Source: Planctomycetota bacterium
GTDB lineage: Bacteria; Planctomycetota; SZUA-567; H5-PLA8
Reading direction: 5' to 3'
Assembly: GCA_045863855.1 (NCBI GenBank)
Contig: BTVV01000029.1
Span: 1 to 60,709, forward strand
Length of the DNA: 60,709 nucleotides
Positions 49,499-59,719 of the stretch are shown in pieces. Position 1 is the stretch's first letter. Each line of letters opens with the position of its first letter. The position numbers and the translations under genes were made by a program. The notes beneath the pieces were generated by a model, which saw only the letters and a list, made by a program, of their open reading frames with translations, did not search any database and was not told the origin of the DNA.

Positions 49499-51376
49499 TT
49501 ATTCGCCCGGCGCCAGCGCGAAAAAGCGCGTCTCGGTCTTCAGGCGGCCTTCCGCGTCGGTGCGATAGACGGCGTCCACGCGGTACAGCTTGCGCCCGGC
49601 CCATTGGCGCAGGATGAACTCCTTAGGGTCGAACTCGTGTTTGCCCACGGCCACGGGCGAAGGAGAGAGTTCGGCGAAGAGCGGTCCGACTTGCAAGGTC
49701 ACGCCGCCGCCCTCGGGGCGTTGGTGCCGTTCGGTGAACGGAAAGAGCGTCCACATCGGGAGCAGCACCCGCGCGTTAGGCTTCGCGGTGACGAAGACGT
49801 CGGTGATGACCATACGCGCCGGGACGCCTTGCTCGGGCTTACCCGTCCAGCGCTCCAGGCTGCGCGTCCAGCTTTTGAGTCCCGCTTCGGGCGGGTACGC
49901 GGCGGTGAGATCCAGAACCAAGCGGGGAATCTCGGCTTCGGGCGTCCACGCCAGCACCTTGCCCGCGGCATCGCGCCCCTGGCGCTGTTCGATCTCGTCG
50001 ATCAGCGGGCAATTATGCCCGCGGCTGCTGGCGGAAACATACGTGTAGCGCTTGGGCCCGAAAAAATCGGTCTTGTAGTGCGGCGCGCCCAGGTCCGGGA
50101 TGACGATCTCTTCTCCGAGCGTGATCTGGTAGTGCCCGAGATCGTTGTGGTTATGCCGTTCGGCGTTGTGCCCGCCGGTCAGGGCGGCGATCATCTCGCC
50201 GCGCGGCGTAGGCGTGCGCAGGATGGCGACCTGCTGGTCGTCCAGAAATTGCGCGGCGCCGGAGCTGCTTGCCAGGTCGCCGGCTTCGTCCAGCGGCGGC
50301 GTCTCGAGCACGCGCAAGTACTGGCCGAGGTGTCCTTTTCCGTAGCTGGGATACGCCCGGCCCCACGCGGGGAGCCAGGTATCGCCGGTGGCCGCCGCCA
50401 GCCACGGTACGAAGCTCAGATCGGCCCGGCAGACCGCCCCGGCGTCGTTGCCGCTGAAGAAGGTGTTGCCGAAGAAGTGCGCGCGGCGCGGATCGTCGGC
50501 GATGCGCTTGACGCGCGGCAGGTTGACCCGGCGTTCGAATTCCGACTGGTCCAGCCGGCTCCAGCCCAAGCACGAAAAGCCGACCCCGTAATTCCAATAC
50601 CCGATGCCTTCGTCGCACTCGCCGTGCGGCGTGAAGCCTTGTTCGACGAAAAGCGCCAGCGCCTCCAGGGCGCGTTCGCGCGCCTGAGGGCGGGGGAGGC
50701 CCTGCTGCGCGAGGGATTCGCACGCCGCGAGGATGCTGCCGGCGCAGACGCCGCACCAGTTGTTCAGGCCGCCGCCGCGGTGATCCCACCAGACCGAGAC
50801 GCCGTCCGCATACGGTCTGAGTACGCGTGCATCGATCTCGCGGACGATCGTTTCGGCGAGAGTCCCGGACTGCGCGTCGATCCAGGGCTTCAGGATCTCG
50901 AGCAGTTCGGCGAAGGTGGCGGCGAGTTCGCAAGCGGCCAGGTCCAGGGTCGGCTCGCCGGAAGCGGGCAGGTCTTTTTCCGGCAGATGCGCCGAGACGG
51001 CCCAGGTGGGATGGGTCAGGTACGCCCAGAGCCAATCGAGAAGCTTCTCGTCCGGCGGACCGTCTTCGATCCCGAGGGCGCAGCGGCGCAGCGCCAGGGC
51101 GCTCAAGTAGCGGCGCTCGGACCAGACTTTGTCCAGCCGATTGCGGTCGTTGCTGCGGCGCGCGGCGAGGAAGTCGCTGGCTTCGGGGTGCGGCGGGCGG
51201 ACCGGCGCGGACTCGGCATCGCGTTCGATTTCAGCCCAGACGGGTGCAAAACGCGGCTCGGCGCGTTTCGCGTTCCAGTAGGCGCGGTCGGATATCGAAT
51301 GCGGCTGGAAGCGGTAGTACGCGAGTGGGGCCGGCATGGCGCGAAGCTCCTGGGTGCATTCCGGCGGTTGGCTCAT
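49499..51376 (-). CDS. Heparinase II/III-like (oligosaccharide lyase-like) protein
   Basis: NNWCGVC, GECDEGIGYWNYG, GGHNAERHNHNDLG, DLG, SRGHN; start at 51376 or 51337; no signal peptide. Confidence 0.8.
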   Translation of the reverse strand: MSQPPECTQELRAMPAPLAYYRFQPHSISDRAYWNAKRAEPRFAPVWAEIERDAESAPVRPPHPEASDFLAARRSNDRNRLDKVWSERRYLSALALRRCALGIEDGPPDEKLLDWLWAYLTHPTWAVSAHLPEKDLPASGEPTLDLAACELAATFAELLEILKPWIDAQSGTLAETIVREIDARVLRPYADGVSVWWDHRGGGLNNWCGVCAGSILAACESLAQQGLPRPQARERALEALALFVEQGFTPHGECDEGIGYWNYGVGFSCLGWSRLDQSEFERRVNLPRVKRIADDPRRAHFFGNTFFSGNDAGAVCRADLSFVPWLAAATGDTWLPAWGRAYPSYGKGHLGQYLRVLETPPLDEAGDLASSSGAAQFLDDQQVAILRTPTPRGEMIAALTGGHNAERHNHNDLGHYQITLGEEIVIPDLGAPHYKTDFFGPKRYTYVSASSRGHNCPLIDEIEQRQGRDAAGKVLAWTPEAEIPRLVLDLTAAYPPEAGLKSWTRSLERWTGKPEQGVPARMVITDVFVTAKPNARVLLPMWTLFPFTERHQRPEGGGVTLQVGPLFAELSPSPVAVGKHEFDPKEFILRQWAGRKLYRVDAVYRTDAEGRLKTETRFFALAPGE

Positions 51377-51521
51377 CCGCTTGCCGCGGATACGTTTAGC
51401 TCCGTTCCTTTCAAGGTTTCTGGAACATTCGGGAATTGCAACTGAAAGGCCGGACGCGCGTTCGGTATCGAATGAGGCGCTCGGTTGGCGCGTCCGTGCC
51501 GAGGGAAGGAGACGTGAATCC

Positions 51522-52751
51522 ATGAGCGTTGCCGCCTTCATTCACTTGATCGGTTCGATGGGCGTCTTTCCGTCGCGGGCTTTCATTCCGGCCTGGGTGA
51601 CGGCCATGCTGCTGCGCTTCGGGCACGAGATTCCGGCGATCAAGAATTCCGGACTGCTCGACTTGTGCACTCAAAGCCCCACTTGGTTCACCCACGACGC
51701 GACGTTGGTGGTGCTGGGCATTCTCGCGCTGCTGGAATTGATCTCCACCAAGAACGCCGAGGTGCGCGCGTTCATGAACGACCTGGACCAATTCATCAAG
51801 CCGGCGATGGCGACGGTCACGGCCTTGGGCGTGCTGAGCAGCACCGACGCGGCGATCGCGCACGAGATCACGCAGCAGGGTTTCGGCGACCTGCCCCTCG
51901 CGCTGATGGTGGGCGCGGGCGTCTGGTTCCTGACCACTATCCGCGGCGCGATCGTCAGCGTGCTGCTCGACGCCGACGAGACCGACGAACTAGGCCTGCA
52001 AAAGGTGATCGCGTGGCTCGAAGACCTGTGGAGCGCCTTCGGCATCCTGCTGCTGGTGATCTACCCGTTGGTGATGCTGGGAATCGCGGCGCTGATCGCC
52101 GGCGGGTTCTGGGCGATGCGCGCCTACCTCGCGCACCGCGAAGAACAGTCCAAGAAGCCGTGCGCGAGCTGCGGGACGCCGATGTACCTGAGCGCCCTGG
52201 CTTGCCCGAAGTGCGCGGCGAAGCCCGAGCGGACGCACGCGGTCGGCTTCTTCGGGAGCACGCTGAACTATCAGGCCAAGGACTTGGCCGCGCATCCGTA
52301 CGAGTTGGCCGAGAAGAAGCGCTGCCCGAACTGCGCTACTCATCTGGAGGAGCGCGATCCCACGCAAAGCTGCCACGCCTGCGGGAAGCGCATCCTGTCC
52401 GATCCGTCCTTTGCGCAGGAGTACCAACGGCGCGTCGGCGAGCGCCTGCCGACGGTGTTGGGCATCTCGTTCGCGCTGAGCCTGGTGCCGATCGTCGGGC
52501 TGATCCCGGGGCTGATCTACTACCGGATCAAACTGGTCGCGCCGTACCGGCGCTACGTCTCGCGGAGCATGGGTTGTCTGCTGCGGGTGGCGGTGCGAAT
52601 CCTGATCCTGGCGCTGATCGTGCTCCAGATCGTCCCGGTGCTAGGCGCACTGATGCTGCCGCTGATGGCGATGCTGGAGTACTCGCTCTACAAGAGCGTC
52701 TTCGAGAGTGCGCTTAAGCAGCCGCCGGCGGAGCCGGTGAAGGCGGCGTGA
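51522..52751 (+). CDS. DUF4126-like membrane protein with double zinc ribbon
   Basis: SRAFIPA...LELISTK...AWLED multi-TM region followed by CASC, CPKC, CPNC, CHAC. Confidence 0.7.
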   Translation: MSVAAFIHLIGSMGVFPSRAFIPAWVTAMLLRFGHEIPAIKNSGLLDLCTQSPTWFTHDATLVVLGILALLELISTKNAEVRAFMNDLDQFIKPAMATVTALGVLSSTDAAIAHEITQQGFGDLPLALMVGAGVWFLTTIRGAIVSVLLDADETDELGLQKVIAWLEDLWSAFGILLLVIYPLVMLGIAALIAGGFWAMRAYLAHREEQSKKPCASCGTPMYLSALACPKCAAKPERTHAVGFFGSTLNYQAKDLAAHPYELAEKKRCPNCATHLEERDPTQSCHACGKRILSDPSFAQEYQRRVGERLPTVLGISFALSLVPIVGLIPGLIYYRIKLVAPYRRYVSRSMGCLLRVAVRILILALIVLQIVPVLGALMLPLMAMLEYSLYKSVFESALKQPPAEPVKAA

Positions 52752-52757
52752 GGGATT

Positions 52758-53885
52758 TCAAGCCGAATGGTCTGGTGGCAGTTGGATGGCTTCCAGCGCA
52801 CGCTCCGCCAATTCGTAGGCATATATGTCATCATCCCGTACAAGATTGCCGATAACTCTCATGAATTCTTTGATCTCGGCTTCGGCGCCTCTTGCCGATG
52901 GTCCAAACATGCCAAGGGCTTCGATTGCAGCTTCAGCCTCCCAAGAATCACCATGCTCAGTCGCATGGCTTAGCATGGCTCGAAGTCCTTCAATAATTTT
53001 AAGCGTTGGAGCTTCAACGCAACCCAATGAACGAGCTGCGCTGGACCGAACGCAGGAGCTAGGATCTTTAAGCAAATCAAGCAGCGCGTCCACGACTTCC
53101 GGTAAATGGGGTGCAATGCTTCCCAAGGCGCTAGCCGCTTTGTCTCGACTTACGGAATCGTTATCCTTCAATAGATTAAGCAGGTCCGGTACTGCTGAAA
53201 CAGCGGGCGGTCCGATCTTCCGCAGTGCATCGCAAGCACGATAAACGTTCTCGCGCAGCTCTTGAATGACGAACTGGATGGCCCTTGGGTCATCCGTGCT
53301 CAGGTTGCCGAATGCATCTAGAATCGCTTGTTGCAGCCTGTGGTTGCCGTTCTTGGAGCGTAGACTTAGCAAATCCTCAAGGACATCGGTTCGACCTTGA
53401 CCCAGACGGCCCAACGCATCTATTGCGGCCAATGAGGTATCGAGGTTACTATCCCTGGCTACAATAAGCAGGTCGGACACCACGTTTTGAAAATCGGCAA
53501 GTAGGCGACTCAGCGACTTGGCCGATTCTTCGCGTACTTTCGGGTTGTGGTCGCTTAAGCCCAACCTTAATGCTCTGATCGCACTCGGCGTGGCTTGGTA
53601 AAACTGGCCAAGCAATTGGGCAGCACTAAGCCGAACTTCCCATGCAAGGTCTTGGAGAGCGGTACACAGTGCTCCCTCGACTTGTGGATCCGTGAGTCCT
53701 GCAGCCGCAAGCTTTCTTCGCTTATAAGAGTCAAGGCTCTCTAGATCAGAATTAAAGTCGCCACCTTCTTCGATCACTCCTGTGCTACTAACCAATTGCT
53801 CCAGCCCTATCACAGCCTTCAAGCGTGCTTGGGCATCGGAATGAAGCAATAATTGCAGGTACTGCGAGATTCTCGGATCGTACAT
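52758..53885 (-). CDS. HEAT-repeat protein with atypically low GC
   Basis: VRLSAAQLLG, VREESAKSL, AVPDLLNLLKD, VRSSAARSLG repeats. Confidence 0.8.
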   Translation of the reverse strand: MYDPRISQYLQLLLHSDAQARLKAVIGLEQLVSSTGVIEEGGDFNSDLESLDSYKRRKLAAAGLTDPQVEGALCTALQDLAWEVRLSAAQLLGQFYQATPSAIRALRLGLSDHNPKVREESAKSLSRLLADFQNVVSDLLIVARDSNLDTSLAAIDALGRLGQGRTDVLEDLLSLRSKNGNHRLQQAILDAFGNLSTDDPRAIQFVIQELRENVYRACDALRKIGPPAVSAVPDLLNLLKDNDSVSRDKAASALGSIAPHLPEVVDALLDLLKDPSSCVRSSAARSLGCVEAPTLKIIEGLRAMLSHATEHGDSWEAEAAIEALGMFGPSARGAEAEIKEFMRVIGNLVRDDDIYAYELAERALEAIQLPPDHSA

Positions 53886-53925
53886 GGGCAACGGTTCCCG
53901 CACGCGTCCGAGAATAGCAAGATGA

Positions 53926-55044
53926 CTACCCCGCCGCCACCGGCTGCGGGGGCGCGTCGATCAGCTCGTAGAAGAAGTTGCGCTGGCGCAGCGTGAGCCC
54001 CAGCTCGGCGCTCATGCGGCGCATCTGCTCGATCTGGACGTGATGCACCGTTCCAGCCTGGCTGACGACATTTTCCTCCATCATCAGCCCGCCCCAATCG
54101 TTACAGCCGAAGAGGAAACTCATCTGCCCGACTTTCGCGCCCTGCGTCACCCAGCTTGCCTGAACGTTGCGAATGTTGTCGAGGTACAGCCGAGCGACGG
54201 CCAGGATGCGCAGGTATTCCGCGGCGCCGGCTTTGCGAATCTTGCCTTCCAGCAGCGTGTGGTCGGGCTGCATGGTCCAGACGATGAAGGCCGTCCACGG
54301 GCCGGCGTCGAGCCCGCCGCATTGATCCTGCACCTGCCGCACGCGCTCGAGGTGCTCGATCCGCTCGGCGAGCGTTTCGTAGTGCCCGATGACCATGCTC
54401 ACGCTGCCCTTCAAGCCTTCGGCGTGGGCCTGGACGTATACGTCGAGCCATTCGTTCGTCATCGCTTTTTTGGGCGCGACGAGCTGGCGCACACGGTCCA
54501 CCAGGATTTCGCCGCCGCCGCCGGGAATCGATTGCAAGCCGGCGGTCTTGAAGCGCCGGATCACTTCACGCACCGGCAGCTTCCATAAGCGGCTGAAGAA
54601 ATGAATCTCGCTGGGGCTGAACGCATGGCGGTGGACGTTCGGGAACTTCGCGCGCAAATCGCCGAGCAGCTCCTCGTACCACGCCAGGTCCAGGCGCGGA
54701 TGGTGCCCGCCCTGCATCAGGATCTGCGTCCCGCCGATCTCGACGAGCTCGCGGATCTTCTGGTACAGCTCCTCGCGCGGGATGACGTACGCCTCCTTAT
54801 CGCCGGGGCGGCGATAGAAAGCGCAGAAGTCGCAATCGGCGACACAGACGTTCGTGTAGTTGATGTTCCGGTCGATCACGAAGGTGGCGAAGGGCTTGGG
54901 GTGCAGGCGGTTCTTCGCGGCCAGCGCGGCGGTGCCCAGGTCATTCAGTTCGGCGCCTTCCAGCAGCGCCAAGCCCTGCTCGGGCGTGAGGCGTTCGCCG
55001 GCGGCGGCGCGTTCCAGGATGCGGGCGATCTCGGGCGTGCTCAT
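53926..55044 (-). CDS. mqnC: Cyclic dehypoxanthinyl futalosine synthase (radical SAM, futalosine menaquinone pathway)
   Basis: FVIDRNINYTNVCVADCDFCAFYR, QILMQGG, SIPGGGGEIL, QASWVTQG, MMEENVV. Confidence 0.88.
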   Translation of the reverse strand: MSTPEIARILERAAAGERLTPEQGLALLEGAELNDLGTAALAAKNRLHPKPFATFVIDRNINYTNVCVADCDFCAFYRRPGDKEAYVIPREELYQKIRELVEIGGTQILMQGGHHPRLDLAWYEELLGDLRAKFPNVHRHAFSPSEIHFFSRLWKLPVREVIRRFKTAGLQSIPGGGGEILVDRVRQLVAPKKAMTNEWLDVYVQAHAEGLKGSVSMVIGHYETLAERIEHLERVRQVQDQCGGLDAGPWTAFIVWTMQPDHTLLEGKIRKAGAAEYLRILAVARLYLDNIRNVQASWVTQGAKVGQMSFLFGCNDWGGLMMEENVVSQAGTVHHVQIEQMRRMSAELGLTLRQRNFFYELIDAPPQPVAAG

Positions 55045-55226
55045 GGCTTCCTATTGTGTTCCGAGCGGCCCCGGACGGCAAGCGCGGGGAAGGGGAGTCT
55101 GAACACGTGCAGCTTTTGATCCTTCAAGTTTGGGCATCTGCTCTTGCGGCGAATAACGGAAGCGCTTAAGCCACGAGGGACCGAAGTCGCGCGCAGTTGC
55201 TATCGAATCGCCGGCGAGGGCCACGC

Positions 55227-56678
55227 ATGACGGACGGCGCACCGCAGAACGATCCGCTGCGCCAGGCGATCGAGCTGCTGAACGAGCACCGTTTCGATCA
55301 GGCCCTCGGCTGGTTGCAGAAACTCGACCAGCCCGCTTTGAGTCCCAAAGACCAGGGCCGCGCGCTGGCGTTCGAGATCGTCTGCCTCGCGCACCAGGAT
55401 CTGGAAGACGACGCGCGCCGGCTGCTGACACGCGCGCAACGCCGCCACGGCGACGACGCGGCCCTGCAACTGGCGCTGGGCATCCAGCTTTCCGAACTGG
55501 GCGCGTACGAGTGGGCCGAAAAGGTCCTGCGCCGCTTGGGCGAGAAGCTCCCCGACGATCCGCTGCCGCTTTACAACCTGGGCCTGGTGCTCGAACGCGA
55601 CGCCCGCTTCGACGAAGCGGTGAACATGTACGCGGAAGCCATCGCCAAGGACGGCAACGCCGATTACCCGCCGTTCCGCGCGCGCCGCGGGCATGTCCTC
55701 GCTCGGCTGGGTAAACTCAACGAGGCCGTCGCGGCCTATCGGGAGTACCTCGTGCTGGTGCCCGAGGACGCTCACGAATGGATCGCGCTGGCGATCGTGC
55801 ACTCAGACGCCGGGCACTACGAGCAGGCCGGCGAAGCGTACCGCAAGGCCCACGCGCTCGATCCGGATTCCATCTCGCTGCACTTTAACTGGGCGACGAC
55901 GGCCTCGCGGCAGCGCGACCGGACGCAGACGGCCGCATGTCTGACGGCGCTGGAGCGCCTCGCGCCGGACGATTGGCGCAGCGAACTGGCCCGCGCATAC
56001 CTGGCCGAACAGGAAGGCGCGGCGTGGCAAGGCTGGGAGGCCTGCCAGCGTGCGGTCGAACGCGCGGCCGAACTTTCCGAGGCCGCCGAGCACGACGAGA
56101 GCGCCGCCGATCCCGCGCCCGCCGCGGCCTGCGCAGCCCTGTGGTACGCCGTGCGCAACCGGCTCGCCGATCACGCCAAGCCGTTCGTGGAGCAGTTGTT
56201 CGAACATCAGCTTTTCGACGAAAGCATTCTCGGCGCGCTGCGCGCTCTGGAGGGCACGCGCTGCCCCAAGGCTCGCGACTTCCACGTGCTCCTGGAAGGC
56301 GAATTGCCGCCCGAGATGGACGAAGAGCAACGCAACGATCCGTTCGAACGCGCCGACGTGGAGTCCGATGCCTGCCGCTTTTTCCGGAGCTACCGCGTCT
56401 GGGCCGAGGATTCCGATCAGGCCGGCCGCTTCGCGCTGGAGTTCGAGCGCCGCTGCGGCGGCCGGGCGCTGGAAGTCGGCGCCGTCGAGCAGCAGGAAGA
56501 GACGCGCGAAGCCCACCTTGGGGTGGCTTGGTGCAGCGAAGCCTGGATCTACGAAGAAGGCGACGGCGAGGAAGACGAAGACGCGGAAGAGGACGAAGAG
56601 GAAGGTCCGGACGACGACGAATTGGATGCCGAAGCCGCAGCGGAAGACGAGGAAGAAAAAGAGGACGACGAGGGTTAG
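55227..56678 (+). CDS. TPR protein with a strongly acidic C-terminal tail
   Basis: YNLGLVL, RGHVLARLGK, WIALAIVHSDAG TPRs; the last ~40 residues are mostly Asp/Glu. Confidence 0.85.
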   Translation: MTDGAPQNDPLRQAIELLNEHRFDQALGWLQKLDQPALSPKDQGRALAFEIVCLAHQDLEDDARRLLTRAQRRHGDDAALQLALGIQLSELGAYEWAEKVLRRLGEKLPDDPLPLYNLGLVLERDARFDEAVNMYAEAIAKDGNADYPPFRARRGHVLARLGKLNEAVAAYREYLVLVPEDAHEWIALAIVHSDAGHYEQAGEAYRKAHALDPDSISLHFNWATTASRQRDRTQTAACLTALERLAPDDWRSELARAYLAEQEGAAWQGWEACQRAVERAAELSEAAEHDESAADPAPAAACAALWYAVRNRLADHAKPFVEQLFEHQLFDESILGALRALEGTRCPKARDFHVLLEGELPPEMDEEQRNDPFERADVESDACRFFRSYRVWAEDSDQAGRFALEFERRCGGRALEVGAVEQQEETREAHLGVAWCSEAWIYEEGDGEEDEDAEEDEEEGPDDDELDAEAAAEDEEEKEDDEG

Positions 56679-56688
56679 CGGTACAAGC

Positions 56689-57066
56689 TCAAGCGCCGGC
56701 GCGGCGTTCGGAAGGCGAGCTGTCTTGATTGAGCCCGGCCAGCGCTTCGGTTTCGGTCGAAAAGCTGCGAACGATCTTAGGCACGCCGAGAATCTCGAAT
56801 ACATCGCGCGGCAGTCCGTTCAGCGCGCAGAACGCCGCCCGACCGCCCGCGCGCCGAACTTCGTCGGCCAGCGCGCAGACCAAGCCCACCGCTTCGCTGC
56901 AAACGTAGGTCACATCGCGGAAGTTCAGGATCACGCGCAATTCGCGCGAAGGGCTGAGCGCCTTGAGGGTTTCCCGAAGTTGCTTGAGACCTTTATGGCG
57001 GTCCAACTCGCCCGAGAGGTCGAGAACCAGGATCTCGTTGGACGTTTTGCGGATACTGAAACCCAC
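56689..57066 (-). CDS. STAS-domain anti-sigma-factor antagonist
   Basis: LDLSGELD, VILNFRDVTYVCSEAVG, DVFEILG; GAGG before the GTG start. Confidence 0.85.
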   Translation of the reverse strand: MGFSIRKTSNEILVLDLSGELDRHKGLKQLRETLKALSPSRELRVILNFRDVTYVCSEAVGLVCALADEVRRAGGRAAFCALNGLPRDVFEILGVPKIVRSFSTETEALAGLNQDSSPSERRAGA

Positions 57067-57246
57067 GGCGGCACCTCTGAAGCCACACATACCGACCACT
57101 CATTCGTATCCCAAGCACGTGGGGACTCAACTGGTTTTCGTTTTATTCGTTTCGAAAACGCGTCGAAGCGTGCTGGCCGGTCAATTAATTCAAGCCTCGC
57201 GGGGTCTGGCACCTCATGCGCGAGCGTGCTAGACTGAAAAGGTATC

Positions 57247-57918
57247 GTGAAGCGGCAGAAACGTTCCCGAGGAATGCGCGTGGCTCGTGTATCGTCGTCC
57301 GGCGGACGGGAATCGCGCCGTATCGAGCCGCGCAAGCCGCTCCCCGGCCCCCAGGATTCCCCCGAAGCGCACGCTAAACATGAAGCACTGTGCACGAATT
57401 GCGGCAAGTGCTGCTACAAGAAGATCATCGTAGGGCGGACCGTCTTCATCACTCCTTTTCCGTGCGAGTTTCTCGATACCGGGACGAACCGCTGCACGGT
57501 TTACGAGGAGCGTTTCGAGAAAAACCCCGATTGCCTGGCGATCCGCGAGGGTTTGCAGCACAGCGCGTTCCCCTCCGACTGCCCGTACGTCGAAGAGTAC
57601 GCCCCGGCGGAATACCGGCCGGCGGTCGACAGTTGGGATTGGGAAGGCGAGTGGGCCGACTTCGACAATCTGGCCGAGTTGCTGGAAGTAAGCGACGAGA
57701 TGCGCGAGCGCATTCGCGCGCGCGGCCCTTGGGCCAAACCGTTGTGGGCCGAAGCGAACGAACGGATCCGGCGCGAACGCGAAGCCGCGGGCGACGGCCG
57801 GCCGCTGCCGCCCGCCGCGCAGCCGAAGGTCGTCGATCTGCGCCAAGCGCCGCGCGCCGAGCCCGCTCCGAGGCTGAGCGCCTTCCTGCGCGGACGCGAA
57901 CCGAAGGATCGCGCGTGA
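57247..57918 (+). CDS. CxxCxxCC (YkgJ/UPF0153-like) cysteine-cluster protein
   Basis: CTNCGKCC, PCEFLD...RCTVYEERF...PDC, PSDCPY. Confidence 0.8.
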   Translation: MKRQKRSRGMRVARVSSSGGRESRRIEPRKPLPGPQDSPEAHAKHEALCTNCGKCCYKKIIVGRTVFITPFPCEFLDTGTNRCTVYEERFEKNPDCLAIREGLQHSAFPSDCPYVEEYAPAEYRPAVDSWDWEGEWADFDNLAELLEVSDEMRERIRARGPWAKPLWAEANERIRREREAAGDGRPLPPAAQPKVVDLRQAPRAEPAPRLSAFLRGREPKDRA

Positions 57919-57922
57919 CGCC

Positions 57923-59482
57923 ATGAACCGTACGACGCGTTCTTCGACCCGTATCTTACGCCCGCAGCGCACTTCCCTGCGGCTGGTGGCCATCACGCCC
58001 AACGCGCCGCTGCAGGAGCAGGCGCGGGCTCAAGCCGAAGAGATCGAGAAGCTGTACCTGCTGCTGGAGTCCGCGCGCGATCTGGGCGGCGAAGTGAACA
58101 TGGAGACGCTGGTGCCCAAGATCGTCGCGCGCACCAGCCGCATCATGCGCTGCGAGCGTTCGTCGGTCTTTTTGCTCGACCGCGAGCGGCAGGAACTCTA
58201 CACGCTGGTCGCGGAAGGGTTGGAAGCGAAGGAATTCCGCTTTCCGGCCAGCAAGGGCTTGGCCGGACACGTCGCACGCACCGGCGAGACGCTCAATGTT
58301 CCCGATGCGTACGAAGACGCGCGCTTCAATCCCGAAGTGGACCGGCAGACGGGGTATCGCACGCGTTCGGTGCTCGCGATGCCGCTGCGCGACCGCAAAG
58401 GCGGCGTGCTGGGCGTGGTGCAGTGCCTCAATAAGTCCGTGCCGGGCGGCGCGGTCGCGTTCGGGCAGGAAGACGAGAATTTTCTGGGCGCGCTGGCGAA
58501 CCTGCTGGCCAGCTACCTCGAAAGCGCGCAGCTTTACGCGCAGATGGACCGGCTCTTCGCGGCCTTCGTATCGGCGATGAGCCGGAGCATCGACGACCGC
58601 GATCCGTGCACCAGCGGCCACAGCCGGCGCGTGACGCTTTACGCGCTGAACCTCGCCAAGGCTGTGCACGAATCGGACGCGGTGGCCTTCCGCGCGATCC
58701 GCTATACGCGCGAGCGTATGCGCCAATTGCGTTATGCGGGGTTGCTCCACGATGTCGGCAAGATTGGCGTGCGCGAATACGTGCTTTGCAAAGCCGACAA
58801 GCTTCCGCCGCTGGGCATGGACCTGATCCGCGCGCGCTACGAGAATCTGGCGCTGCAACGTAAGGCCGAGGTGCTCGAGCGAGCGGCGCGCAGCCAGAGC
58901 GATCCGGAAGCGATGCTGCGCGAAGAGTACGAACCGCTGGCCGGGCAACTGGTGGCGGCGCGGAAACTGGTTGAAGCCAAGAATCGGCCCGCTCCGGTGA
59001 ACGACGAAGAGTTGGCGGCGCTGAAGGCGTTGCACGCCCAAGGCTGGTTGACGTCCGAAGAATTGGAAGTGCTCTCGATCCGCCGCGGAAACCTGACAGC
59101 GGCGGAATGGGAGGACATCAAAGCGCACGTGACCAAGAGCTACGAAATCCTGCTGCGCATTCCGTGGCCGCGCGAACTGTCGGAGGTGCCGGAAGTCGCC
59201 TACACGCATCATGAAAAGCGGGACGGTTCGGGCTACCCGCGCGCGCTAAAAGGAGACGCGATCCACTTCGACGGGCAGGTACTTTGCGTGGCCGATATCT
59301 ACGACGCGTTGACCGCCAGCGACCGCCCATACAAGAAGGCCATCCCCCACGAGATCGCGTTGAAGATTCTCATGGATGAGGAAGCGGGGCGCTTCAAGCT
59401 GTTGCCCGAGCTTGTGGAACTATTTTTTGAGAAACGGTGCTTTGAAATCAACGACGTGCAGCTCAAAGAGCTACAAGCCTAA
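57923..59482 (+). CDS. GAF + HD-GYP phosphodiesterase
   Basis: GAF (CERSSVFLLD, NVPDAYEDARFN, GVVQCLNK); GHSRRV, LLHDVGKIG, HHEKRDGSGYP, ADIYDALTASDRPYKKA. Confidence 0.92.
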   Translation: MNRTTRSSTRILRPQRTSLRLVAITPNAPLQEQARAQAEEIEKLYLLLESARDLGGEVNMETLVPKIVARTSRIMRCERSSVFLLDRERQELYTLVAEGLEAKEFRFPASKGLAGHVARTGETLNVPDAYEDARFNPEVDRQTGYRTRSVLAMPLRDRKGGVLGVVQCLNKSVPGGAVAFGQEDENFLGALANLLASYLESAQLYAQMDRLFAAFVSAMSRSIDDRDPCTSGHSRRVTLYALNLAKAVHESDAVAFRAIRYTRERMRQLRYAGLLHDVGKIGVREYVLCKADKLPPLGMDLIRARYENLALQRKAEVLERAARSQSDPEAMLREEYEPLAGQLVAARKLVEAKNRPAPVNDEELAALKALHAQGWLTSEELEVLSIRRGNLTAAEWEDIKAHVTKSYEILLRIPWPRELSEVPEVAYTHHEKRDGSGYPRALKGDAIHFDGQVLCVADIYDALTASDRPYKKAIPHEIALKILMDEEAGRFKLLPELVELFFEKRCFEINDVQLKELQA

Positions 59483-59704
59483 GCCATCGAAAATCAAGTG
59501 ACCGACCGATTTCGAGACAACTCCCATAGTGCAAGAATCACAACAGGATGGCCAACATGAGGTGGCTTAGGGCGTTCATTAGGGTGCTGAGTTGTAATTT
59601 GCCCAGCCTAGACTTAGGAGCGGTACCAATAAGGGTTAATTCTTCGTATTTTACTCCTTTAGTGAGCCGGGAAATGCCGATAACACCCCTAATCCCATTT
59701 GCGT

Positions 59705-59719
59705 TGGCACGAAGAGTGC
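59705..59719 (+). promoter_or_regulatory. Putative sigma54 (-24/-12) promoter
   Basis: TGGCACGAAGAGTGC has exact GG-N10-GC spacing, in an AT-rich spacer about 230 nt upstream of the last CDS. Confidence 0.45.

Noticed and set aside
57207..57222. Second sigma54-like site TGGCACCTCATGCGC
   Set aside because: The -12 element is poor, and such matches arise by chance in GC-rich DNA.
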